Below, in pieces: positions 44,826-53,617 of a stretch of DNA of 54,822 nucleotides; within the stretch, counting starts at the first letter, position 1, and each line of letters starts with the position of its first letter. The DNA comes from Rhizobacter sp. (GTDB taxonomy: Bacteria; Pseudomonadota; Gammaproteobacteria; Burkholderiales; Burkholderiaceae_C): NCBI GenBank assembly GCA_025359585.1, contig JANYFX010000435.1:1-54822 (forward strand), given 5' to 3'. The notes beneath the pieces were generated by a model that was given only the letters and a program-made list of their open reading frames with translations, was not told the origin of the DNA and ran no database searches. The translations under genes and the position numbers were made by a program.

Positions 44826-47800
44826 TCAGAAATCGCCGCAGGCGTTCTTGCGGCCGCTGTCGAAGCAGTTGGAAATGTTCGGCCGCGTACGCAGGCGTGA
44901 CCACTCCACCGCCAGCAGATCGGCGATCGAACGGCTGCTGGCATCGACGTCGAGCGGCGAGTCGGGCACGCACATCTGCGGCAGGCCGAGGTTGCGGTCG
45001 TAGACGTAGGTGGCCTTCTCTTCGCGGCGCGGTTCGATGGCGCCTGCACCGAGCTCGTGGGCCAGCACGGCCAGCGCCCGCGACTGCCCGCCGGCCGTGA
45101 CCGTCAGTGCGCTCGAGTTGCCTTCGGCCTGCGTGAAGACGTAGTTCGTGGCGCTCAAGCCGCCACCGTTGATCGCGTAGCTGCCCGGCGCCGAGCCGGT
45201 CGTGGCCGGCGAGGTCCAGGTGAGCGTGCCGGTGGTCGAGCCGTTCAGCGAGTCCTCGTTGCGCAGCCCCGTGACCGTGCCGTTGAAGGGTGGGTTGGCC
45301 TGGTTCTGGCCGCGTGTCGCCGGGTCGGCCACGTAGGTCAGCGTGGCGGGCGTGACGGCGAGCGCGCCGTTGGTGACGGTCAGCAGATAACCCGCCGGTG
45401 ACGTCAGCGTCGCACCACTGATCGTGTAGGTGCCGACGTTGCTGCCGGAGTTGGACGATGTGGTCGGCCCGCCACCGATCACGTTGGCCTGAAGGTCGCC
45501 GTTGAGCAGGCCGGTGGTGGTGACGGTGAAGGTCGGGTCGCCATCGCCATAAATGCGGGTCTTGTTGTCGACCGAGACGGCCAGCGTCGGGCGCTGGGCG
45601 TAGATGAACGCATTGTTGGCTTCGGGCAAGGCAATCGCGCAGGTCACGCCGAAGCTGCAGCCGTAGATGTTGGGCAAGGCGCCGTTGCCGGCCAGGCCGC
45701 CACGGGTTTCGCCGACCCAGGTGTCGGCGAACAGGTGCCAGCGGTTGCTCGCGGTGATCGTGCTGTTGCCGGTGTTCTGGAACGTGCCCGGCGTTACCAG
45801 ATCGAGCGTGGCGGCGGCGATGTTGCCGGCCAGTGTCATGTTGCCGGCGAAGTTGCGCACGGTCATGGCACCACCGGTGAGCGAGCTGGCGTCGAGCGTC
45901 AGGGCCGAGTTGCTGGCGGCGTCGACCCCCACGGCGGCCACCGGGCCGAGCACGAGCGCCTTGTTGTTGGCGTAGGTCAGCGTGCCGCCGACGTTGGCGG
46001 CGAAGGTGTCGACGCTGTTGCCGGCGAGGTCGAGCTCGGCATCGCCGGCGCGCACCAGCAGTTTGCCGGCCGTGAGCGTGGCACTCTGGATCGGGCCGGC
46101 CAGAGGGGTTTCGAGCGTCAGGTCTTTGGTGGCCTTCACGCCTTCACCAGCGAAGAACGAACCGCCCTGCGAAACCGTGCCGGCACTCACCAGCGCCAGC
46201 GTGCCGCCGCCCACCGAAAGTGCCGCGTCGATGGAGATGCTGCCTGCTTCCCCGGTCTGCAGCGTCAGGTTGTTTCCGAACGTGGTCGCGGAGCGCACCG
46301 TGATCGCGCCACCGTAAAGGTTGGAACCGAGCACGAGTGTGCTGCCGGCGCTGATGTTGTCGAGCTCGAACTGGGTCAGCCCGAGGCCCGTGTTGGCACC
46401 GATGTTGATCGCCACGTCGTTGCGCTCGACCACAGCCCCCGTCGCATCGACCTCGCCGGGGCGCACATTGGTGATGCCGGTGCTGGTGACCGAGCCGTCG
46501 ATCACGATCGCATCGGTGGCCTGATCGGCGTTGCTCGCACGCAGCGTGACATGTCCGCCGCGAACCAGCGCTGCGCCTCCCTCGACGCCACCGCTGATGT
46601 TCAGGCCTGCACCGCCGTCGGCAGTGCTGCCGGTGATGGACACCTTGCCACCGCTGGTGACCACTGTCTCATCACCCAGGAGCACGCCGATCGATTCGGT
46701 CAGACCGCTGGTCTTGGACAGCTGCACGCCGCCACGAATGTCGATCGGGCCGGTGGTACTGCGCAGCGTGCTGGCAAAGATGTCGACGCCGATCGCATTG
46801 AGGCCGCTGCCGGTTTCGTTGTCGATGAAGGACTGGCCCAGCCCCGTCACCGCAATCGCGCCGCTCGTCGAAGCGAGCGTGGTGCTCGAGAGAAGCACGC
46901 CGCTGCCGTAGCCGCCCTGGGGATCGAAGCTGCCCTTGACGGAGATGGAGCCGGTCGCGCTGTTCAGTGTCGAGTTGAACATCGAAACGCCGTAGTTGCT
47001 CGAGTTCGCGCCACCCAGCGTCTGGCCGAGCACCGAGATGTTGCCGCCGGCGTTGGCGTCGGACTGCCCGACGCGCGTGTCGATCACCACACCGTCGAGG
47101 GTCACGCCGGCCAAGCCACTCGACGATGGCAACGCCGGGTCGCTGCTGCCGAACAGACGCACGTTGCCGCCATTGCTTCGCAGCGTCAGGCCCTGCAGGT
47201 TGATGCCACCGTCGAGCTGCCCGGTCGCGTTCGCGTTCAAGTCGACGTTGAGCGGCCCGGAGGTCGAGCTGATCGTGTTGACGGTGCCCGGCGCCGTGAC
47301 GATGCCGCGGGCCGCGTCGAAACGCAGCGTGACCGGCGCGGTGCCGACGCTGCGCACGATGTTGGCGTTGAGCGTGGTGGTAGGCCCCGACGAGGCGATC
47401 GTGCGGCCGAGCGATATCGTGCCGCCCGGCGCGCTGCCGGTGACGCCGGTGGTGATGGTGACGTTGGTGCCGGCGTTGAGCGTGGCGTTGATGTCGTTCG
47501 TGAAAACGTTGCTCTGCGCCACCGGCACGAACGGGTTGGCCAACTGCACGGCCGTGTGGTTCGCTGGATCGATGTCGTAGATGAAAACATCGAAGGGATC
47601 GATGTTCAGCGTTCCGGCCTGGCCGCGCGCCGCGCTGGCGTCGACCTTCACGCCGGCGGTGTCGACCCCGCCGCTGACGGTGAGCTTGACGAGCCCACCG
47701 TCGCCGCCGAGCGCGCCGCCGCGTGCCGAAAAACTGCCCTGGGCGCGTGCGTAGTCGCCGGTCAGATCGACCCGGCCGCCGTTGCCGCGCGTGCCGGCGT

Positions 47801-48845
47801 CGACCACGATCTGCGCGTTGGGTGTGACAACCACGCCACCGCCGGCACCGGCGACCGAACTCGCCACGAGCTGCACATGACCACCGCCCACGTCGCCGCT
47901 GGCGTCGATGCGCCCCGCGTCCAGCAGACCGACGTTGCGGCCGCTGAGGCTCACGTCGCCGCCTTTCTTTCCGGCCGCACCGCGCGTGTCGATGCTGCCG
48001 GTGACCGACACATCGCCCGCGCCGCCGGCGATCAACACGCCGCCGGCACCTTGTGTGAGCGAACGCGCACGCACCACGCCGCCCTGGTTGACGACGAAGC
48101 CGGTGGCCTGTGTCGTGTCGGCGAGCATCAGCACGCGCCCACCATCGGCCGCGAGCGTCCCGGTGTTGGCGGCCAGCGCCTGCAGGTCGGCCTCGGTGAC
48201 ACGCAACTGCGTCAGGCCATCGCCCTGGAAGTCGAGCGTGACGGTCTTGCCCGAAGCGAGCGCCACCGTGCCCTGCGGGGCTTCGATCGTGCCGCTGTTG
48301 CTGGCGGTGCTGCCCACGAGCGCGATCACACCACCCGGTGCTGCCTGCAGGCTGCCTTCGTTGACCACGCTCGCGGGCGCGGCGTTGCCCCGCGTAAAGC
48401 TGTAGCGGCCGGCGGCGAAATCGCTGTCGGAGATGTTGAGCGTGGAGGCCACCAGGCCGCCCACGTTCACGCTCGCGCCGGCACCGAACAGCACGCCGTT
48501 CGGGTTGACGAGAAAGACCTTGCCGTTCGCGCTCAGGCTGCCGAAGATCGCCGACGGGTCGCTGCCCGTCACGCGGTTGAGCGCCACCGATTGCGCGTTG
48601 GGCTGGTTGAACACCACCCGCCCGTTCGCGCCGATCGAGAACGACTGCCAGTTGATGATCACGTTCTGCGAGTTCTGCTGCACGTTCATCTGCCCGGTGC
48701 CGGGCCGCGTGACGTTGGCGCTGCCCTGGACCACGCTCGGCGCGGTCGGCAGCGTCTGCGCAAAAGCCCAGGCCGGCGCAAAAGCGAGGGCCACGGCAAG
48801 CGCCGAGGGGCGCAGGCAGAAGTCGGGTCGGTGCGAGTTTTTCAT
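44826..48845 (-). CDS. TpsA two-partner-secreted exoprotein (filamentous haemagglutinin N-terminal domain, beta-helix, MBG-like domains)
   Basis: Signal peptide; INWQSFSIG, F.QP, LNRVTG.DPS.IFG.L.ANG.VFLVNPNGVLFG; two late K.R.YGD.DP / R..NQANP.F..GL MBG-like repeats; Cys-containing C-tail. Confidence 0.92.
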   Translation of the reverse strand: MKNSHRPDFCLRPSALAVALAFAPAWAFAQTLPTAPSVVQGSANVTRPGTGQMNVQQNSQNVIINWQSFSIGANGRVVFNQPNAQSVALNRVTGSDPSAIFGSLSANGKVFLVNPNGVLFGAGASVNVGGLVASTLNISDSDFAAGRYSFTRGNAAPASVVNEGSLQAAPGGVIALVGSTASNSGTIEAPQGTVALASGKTVTLDFQGDGLTQLRVTEADLQALAANTGTLAADGGRVLMLADTTQATGFVVNQGGVVRARSLTQGAGGVLIAGGAGDVSVTGSIDTRGAAGKKGGDVSLSGRNVGLLDAGRIDASGDVGGGHVQLVASSVAGAGGGVVVTPNAQIVVDAGTRGNGGRVDLTGDYARAQGSFSARGGALGGDGGLVKLTVSGGVDTAGVKVDASAARGQAGTLNIDPFDVFIYDIDPANHTAVQLANPFVPVAQSNVFTNDINATLNAGTNVTITTGVTGSAPGGTISLGRTIASSGPTTTLNANIVRSVGTAPVTLRFDAARGIVTAPGTVNTISSTSGPLNVDLNANATGQLDGGINLQGLTLRSNGGNVRLFGSSDPALPSSSGLAGVTLDGVVIDTRVGQSDANAGGNISVLGQTLGGANSSNYGVSMFNSTLNSATGSISVKGSFDPQGGYGSGVLLSSTTLASTSGAIAVTGLGQSFIDNETGSGLNAIGVDIFASTLRSTTGPIDIRGGVQLSKTSGLTESIGVLLGDETVVTSGGKVSITGSTADGGAGLNISGGVEGGAALVRGGHVTLRASNADQATDAIVIDGSVTSTGITNVRPGEVDATGAVVERNDVAINIGANTGLGLTQFELDNISAGSTLVLGSNLYGGAITVRSATTFGNNLTLQTGEAGSISIDAALSVGGGTLALVSAGTVSQGGSFFAGEGVKATKDLTLETPLAGPIQSATLTAGKLLVRAGDAELDLAGNSVDTFAANVGGTLTYANNKALVLGPVAAVGVDAASNSALTLDASSLTGGAMTVRNFAGNMTLAGNIAAATLDLVTPGTFQNTGNSTITASNRWHLFADTWVGETRGGLAGNGALPNIYGCSFGVTCAIALPEANNAFIYAQRPTLAVSVDNKTRIYGDGDPTFTVTTTGLLNGDLQANVIGGGPTTSSNSGSNVGTYTISGATLTSPAGYLLTVTNGALAVTPATLTYVADPATRGQNQANPPFNGTVTGLRNEDSLNGSTTGTLTWTSPATTGSAPGSYAINGGGLSATNYVFTQAEGNSSALTVTAGGQSRALAVLAHELGAGAIEPRREEKATYVYDRNLGLPQMCVPDSPLDVDASSRSIADLLAVEWSRLRTRPNISNCFDSGRKNACGDF

Positions 48846-48847
48846 GA

Positions 48848-50470
48848 TCAGAATGCCTTTTGAACTTGCACCAGCACACGCGGGTCGGAAGCGCCGGAGT
48901 CGGACAGCGGCGGGTCACCCATGCGCCAGGCAACGGCCGCGCGCAAGGTGATCGCCCACGGCGCACTCCAGGTCAGGCCCACGCCGGTGCCACGCAGGGT
49001 GCGTCGGTTGCGCAGGTCGTTGGCATTGGCGTTGCGCGCCTGCTCGCCATGACCGGCATCGTGAAAGAGCGCCAGCACCAAGTCGTCGGAGGCGCTGTAG
49101 CGCCACTCGATGCCGCCGACCCAGCCGTTGTCGACCAGCACTTCGCCGCTCGGGTAAGCGCGCACCGCACGGTCGCCACCGAGCGCCAGTTTTTCCGACG
49201 GGTCGAGGTTGTGGCTGGCGAGCTGGCCGACCAGCGAGACGAACAGGTTGTGGCGCCCGAATAGCGCTTGCAAACGCGAGCCCGTCAGGCTGAGCTTGGC
49301 GAAGTTGCCCTCGGTCTGGTGGCCGGTGGTGGGGTCTTGGTCGAGCGAGCGGGTGGCGTCGTTGTTCAGGTTGAGCCGGCCGAAGTAGGCCGTGGCTCCG
49401 GCGTTCACATAACCGCCGCCGAAGAGCGCGTCGCGCGCTTCCCAGGTGACGCCGAGGGAAGCGGCGTTGACGCGCTTGTCGCTGTCCTGGCTGACGGCTT
49501 CGGTCTTGTCGCGCAGCGCCTTGGTTTCGATGGCCGCGCGCAGGAACATGTTGCGGCCGCGGCTGCGCAGCAGCGGGTACACCGCCGACACGTCGAACAC
49601 CTGCGCCGTGCCGGTGGCGCCGAGTGCGGCGAACTGGGCGCCGAGCTCGTAGCCCACGCGGCTCACGCCGGCGCCGACACGCAGGCCGTCGGCTCCCAGC
49701 GGTGCTTCGTACGACAGGCGGCCGAAGGTCTGGTGCGCGCCCGAGCTGCTCATCAGCCGGGCATCGAAGTTGTCGCCGATGCCGAAGGGGCTGGCGTAAC
49801 GCAGCGTCGCCGACAGGCGCTCGCGGCCCGACGCCGCGGTGCCGTAGTTGTCGAGCTCGACCGAAGCCTGCCAGCGCTTCTGGTTTGCCGACACTTCGAC
49901 GACCAGATCGGTCGTGCCGGTCTCGGCGCCCTGTTCCAGGCCGGCCTGCACCTTCAGGCCCGGCAGGTCGGACAACAACAGCATCGTGCGTTCGTAGCTC
50001 ACCGAATGCAGCGCCGCACCCGGCGTGAGGTGGGCGAGGATGGCGCGCACACGCTCTTCGCTGGTCGGCGCATCGGCTGCGACCTTCACCTGCACCTTGC
50101 CGAGCCGGCCTTCGAGCACGCTGATCTCAGCCTGGCCGTCTTCGATATGCTGCTGCGGCACGATCGCCTGCGCCAGGAAAAAACCGCGCGCACGGTATTC
50201 GAGCGTGACGAGTTCGGCGAGTTTTTCCAGGTCGGCCAGCGTCACGCGCCGGCCGATGTAGGCGGCGGCCAGCGTGCTCAGCGTGCTGTCCTGCATTTCG
50301 GTGGTGCCGCGGTACACGATGCCCTTGAGCACGAAGTCGGCGCCCTTGTCGGCCGGCTTGGCGGGCTGCGCGTACACGCCGGCGCAAGCGCACAACGCGG
50401 CAGCAGCCAGTGCGCGCAGGGCGCGGTGGTGGGCAGGGCGGACGACGCGACGAATGAGGGCTGCGTGCAT
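48848..50470 (-). CDS. TpsB outer-membrane translocator (ShlB/FhaC/HecB family); alternative TTG start at 50485
   Basis: POTRA motif Y..RGF.LA.A.VP.Q....G...I.V.EG, DLPG, DNYG...SG, EK..LGG...VRAY, C-terminal F. Confidence 0.93.
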   Translation of the reverse strand: MHAALIRRVVRPAHHRALRALAAAALCACAGVYAQPAKPADKGADFVLKGIVYRGTTEMQDSTLSTLAAAYIGRRVTLADLEKLAELVTLEYRARGFFLAQAIVPQQHIEDGQAEISVLEGRLGKVQVKVAADAPTSEERVRAILAHLTPGAALHSVSYERTMLLLSDLPGLKVQAGLEQGAETGTTDLVVEVSANQKRWQASVELDNYGTAASGRERLSATLRYASPFGIGDNFDARLMSSSGAHQTFGRLSYEAPLGADGLRVGAGVSRVGYELGAQFAALGATGTAQVFDVSAVYPLLRSRGRNMFLRAAIETKALRDKTEAVSQDSDKRVNAASLGVTWEARDALFGGGYVNAGATAYFGRLNLNNDATRSLDQDPTTGHQTEGNFAKLSLTGSRLQALFGRHNLFVSLVGQLASHNLDPSEKLALGGDRAVRAYPSGEVLVDNGWVGGIEWRYSASDDLVLALFHDAGHGEQARNANANDLRNRRTLRGTGVGLTWSAPWAITLRAAVAWRMGDPPLSDSGASDPRVLVQVQKAF

Positions 50471-50474
50471 GGTC

Positions 50475-52592
50475 TTATCGTTCAAGGGTCAGACGCCAGT
50501 TGCCGATCAGGTTGAACGGCGCCCAGAAAAACGGGTGTGACAGCTTCGGCGCCCTGAGCACGGCGAGCTGGCCGCTCTGCATCGCGCTTTGCAGGTCTGC
50601 CCCCTGGCTCAGGCGCTGGTAGACGGTGTCCATCAGCAGCGAGGTGGCGTCGTCGGCCACCGGCCACAGCGAGGCGATCATCGACTCGGCGCCGGCCGAA
50701 AGAAACGAGCGCGGAAAGCCCAGCACTTCGTCGCCGCTGGCGATGCGCCCGAGCGCCGACTCGCAGGCCGACAGCGTGACCAGCGAGACCTTCGACAGGT
50801 CGAGCGTGAGCACCTCGCTCGCGTCGAGAAAGCTCTGCTTCTGGTTTTCATTGGCGAGCAGGATGCGCGAGCGCAGCGGGTCGATCAGGTCGGCTTCGGC
50901 GTGCGCTGCCACGTGCAGCACACGCGCATCCGAGGCCACCTGTTTGAAGCGGGTCTTGGTGGCTTCGGCGCCCATGTAGCTGGTGGCGCCCTTGAAGGTT
51001 TTCACGAGCTGGCTCACTTCGACATCGGCACCCGGCAGGTCGTAGCGGGCTTCGATCTTCGGGTTACCAAAAGCGACCACCTTCGCCGGCGTGCCCGACT
51101 TGCGCGCGACCAGCTGCGCGGCAATGCTCATCGACGGCACCGAGGCGATGCGGTGGCGCTCGATCAGGTAAGCGCCGTTCACACGCAGCGCCTGGAACGG
51201 CAGATAGTGCAGCGGGCCGTGCGGCACGACGACAAGGCGCTCGCCGCCGGCCAGACCGAGCGGGCCGATCAGCTGCGCGCCGAGCTTGTCGGCCAGGCCG
51301 ATCGCGGCGCGCCGGCCTTCGGTGATCGACTGGCGCAACTCGTCGACGGCGCTGGACAATTCGGCCCGGCTGACCGGGATCGTGACCGCACGCACCGCAT
51401 CGCGCGAGACCACCCACACGGCGAGGCGGTCGTTGAGTGAGTGGAACTGCACCACCCTTTCGTCGGGTGCGAGCAGCGCCTGCAGCGTGCTCGCGTTGAC
51501 CGCCGTGAGCGCCGATTGCGCCACCGGTGCACGGCCCCGCACGGCATCGAGAAAAGCGCGGGCGCGGCTTTTTTCGCTGATGTCGAGCGCACGGGCCGCG
51601 TCGCCCAGATCGAGCGACAAACCGATGGCGCGCTCGAACAGGGTCTGAAGGTCGGAGAACAAGCCGAGCTTGACCTCCTCGCTGCGGAACTGCGCGCGCA
51701 CCGTGTCGAGGCTGTCGAGCGCTTGCAGCAAGGCGTCCGAGGCCGCGCGTTTGTCGCCGAGCGCGAGCTGCGCGTCGGCCACGCCGACGAGCGCCCACAG
51801 GCGGTGGTAGGGCGAGTCGAAGCCGGTGTTGCGTGCGGCGAGCGTCTGGTAGGCCGCCAGCGCTTCCGGCGCCCGGCCCTCGGCCAGCAGCAAGCGCGCC
51901 TGCGAGCGGTCGAGCTGGGCACGCAGCGCGGGGTTGTTGTCGACCAGGGTCACGGCGTCGAGCACGCTGCGGGCGCGCTTCACGTCGCCCGAATCGAGCA
52001 GCACGTTGGCGAGCGAGCCCATCACCAGCGGTCTGAAGCGCTCGGAACTCTCGGCGGCGGCACGCTCGTAGCTGGCGATGGCGGCGGGGTAGTTGTGCCG
52101 GCGCGCCTGCACGTCACCGATGATCTTGTAGGCCGGCCCGACCACGACCTTCGGGTCCTTGGCCTGGTGGGTGAGCGACTGGCGCGCGAACAGCTCGGCC
52201 TTGTCGAGGTCACCGCCGTAACTCATCACGATGGCGAGGTCGCGCTTGGCAAGGGCGAGCAGGTCTTCGTTGCTGCTGTCCAGCGCAAGGTGCAGGGCCT
52301 TCGACGCGGCGCGCAGGCTCTGCCTGAATTCGCCGGCTTCGGCCAGCGACACGGCCTGGCTGCAATATTGGTAGCCGGTGAGCTTGATCGGCTCGGCGGC
52401 ATAGAGCGCCGCACCTTCGGCCGCGAAACCGAGAATGGTGTCGGCATCTTGCAGCCGCGCCTTGTTGAGCTGCACCATCGAGCGCTCGACATCGGCGAAC
52501 TGAGTCTGGGCCACGGCCCACGAACTCACGGCCAGAAGAATCAAGGGCGCCAGACAGAGGGCAATTCTCGGGACGAACCTCAGTGCAACCAC
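50475..52592 (-). CDS. Exported TPR-CHAT (caspase-HetF, clan CD) protease
   Basis: AGGAGG RBS; Sec signal; TPR-like helices; SE.SRAR.FLD, VVPHGPLHYLPF.AL, LPGA..EV, HVAAHA (His), LVTLSACES (Cys), ASLWPVAD, HPFFWAPF.LIG. Confidence 0.92.
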   Translation of the reverse strand: MVALRFVPRIALCLAPLILLAVSSWAVAQTQFADVERSMVQLNKARLQDADTILGFAAEGAALYAAEPIKLTGYQYCSQAVSLAEAGEFRQSLRAASKALHLALDSSNEDLLALAKRDLAIVMSYGGDLDKAELFARQSLTHQAKDPKVVVGPAYKIIGDVQARRHNYPAAIASYERAAAESSERFRPLVMGSLANVLLDSGDVKRARSVLDAVTLVDNNPALRAQLDRSQARLLLAEGRAPEALAAYQTLAARNTGFDSPYHRLWALVGVADAQLALGDKRAASDALLQALDSLDTVRAQFRSEEVKLGLFSDLQTLFERAIGLSLDLGDAARALDISEKSRARAFLDAVRGRAPVAQSALTAVNASTLQALLAPDERVVQFHSLNDRLAVWVVSRDAVRAVTIPVSRAELSSAVDELRQSITEGRRAAIGLADKLGAQLIGPLGLAGGERLVVVPHGPLHYLPFQALRVNGAYLIERHRIASVPSMSIAAQLVARKSGTPAKVVAFGNPKIEARYDLPGADVEVSQLVKTFKGATSYMGAEATKTRFKQVASDARVLHVAAHAEADLIDPLRSRILLANENQKQSFLDASEVLTLDLSKVSLVTLSACESALGRIASGDEVLGFPRSFLSAGAESMIASLWPVADDATSLLMDTVYQRLSQGADLQSAMQSGQLAVLRAPKLSHPFFWAPFNLIGNWRLTLER

Positions 52593-52616
52593 GCAGCCTC
52601 CTCACGGTAGCGCCGG

Positions 52617-52658
52617 ACTCTAGAAGCGGGAACCCGGCCAGTCCAATGACTTTAGTTA
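52617..52658 (-). promoter_or_regulatory. CHAT-tpsB-tpsA operon promoter: box plus -10 hexamer
   Basis: TGAC-TTTA-GTTA at 52647-52658; TAGAGT on the minus strand at 52622-52617, 30.5 bp from the box centre. Confidence 0.7.
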
Positions 52659-52859
52659 GGGCAGTTTCGCGCACTGTTTGCGTTGCCCGGGCATCAGCCC
52701 TTCAAGCGCCGTGGCGCCGTGTGCCCGCCCCCCTAAGTTGAAGTTGAAAACGCCCGATTTGGTGCATTCCCAAAGCACCCGAGCCCCCCGAACGACCGGT
52801 GTTTCGCGCCATGTTGCCATGCAAGAATGCGGCGCGATCAGCATCTGAAGGCCCTCGTC

Positions 52860-53573
52860 ATGGCAGTGAACCCCGCTCCGGCAAACAGCGCAACCAGCAC
52901 TTCGGGGGCCACCCCGATCGCCCTCGCCGCAGTGGCCGAAGGGGGCCGACACAAGGTGCTGTTGGTCGAAGACCACGACCTGGTGCGGCTCGGCGTGAAA
53001 GCGCTGTTCAGCGGCGCCGACTGCGCCAGCATCGACTGGATCGAAGCCTCCACGCTCGCCGATGCCTTGCGCCTGTACGGAGAGCACAAGGACGTGGCCG
53101 TGGTCCTGCTCGATCTGAACCTGGCCGACTGCAAGGGTTTGCACGGCCTGTCGCAAATGCTCGTCGTGCACCCCGGCGCGCGGGTGCTGATCCTGAGCGG
53201 CACCCAAGACGAGTTCGTGGTCCGGCAGGCCAAGGCGATGGGCGCGGCCGGTTACCTGCACAAGGGCGGCTCGCCCGACCCGATGCGCGAGACACTGCGC
53301 GCCATTCTCGAACTCGACCCGCCCAGCGGCTCGGCACCCGCACGGCCGGTGCAGGCCTTCCCGAAGTTCCCGTCGGCTTCGAGCTACGACCGCGTCGCCG
53401 AGCTCGGAACCCGGCACCTCGAGATTCTGGAACTGGTGCTGTCGGGCTGCACCAACCAGGAGATCAGCAACTCGACCAAACTCTCGCTGGGCACGGTCAA
53501 GAACTACGTCTCCACGATCCTGCTGGCGCTCGATGTCAAATCGCGCTCGCACCTGATCAGCCTGTTTCGCTGA
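52860..53573 (+). CDS. NarL/FixJ-family response regulator (REC + LuxR HTH); start uncertain
   Basis: VLLVEDH.LVR.G, VVLLDL (phospho-Asp), ILSG, GAAGYLHK; L..R..EIL.L...G.TNQEI...LS.GTVKNYVS.IL. Confidence 0.93.
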   Translation: MAVNPAPANSATSTSGATPIALAAVAEGGRHKVLLVEDHDLVRLGVKALFSGADCASIDWIEASTLADALRLYGEHKDVAVVLLDLNLADCKGLHGLSQMLVVHPGARVLILSGTQDEFVVRQAKAMGAAGYLHKGGSPDPMRETLRAILELDPPSGSAPARPVQAFPKFPSASSYDRVAELGTRHLEILELVLSGCTNQEISNSTKLSLGTVKNYVSTILLALDVKSRSHLISLFR

Positions 53574-53617
53574 GCCGCACGCGTACCGCGCTGCGTCGAG
53601 AAGCAGGCTTTCGCCGC

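Noticed and set aside
45735-48863. 1042-aa plus-strand ORF, and similar long ORFs at 36215-39274, 32624-35152 and 22719-24731
   Set aside because: Antisense shadows of well-supported minus-strand genes in high-GC DNA, with no recognisable motifs.
50475-52592. CHAT protease as a CRISPR type III-E (Csx29-like) or antiphage defence component
   Set aside because: No cas genes or repeat-spacer array in the window; the protein has a signal peptide and lies in a TPS operon.
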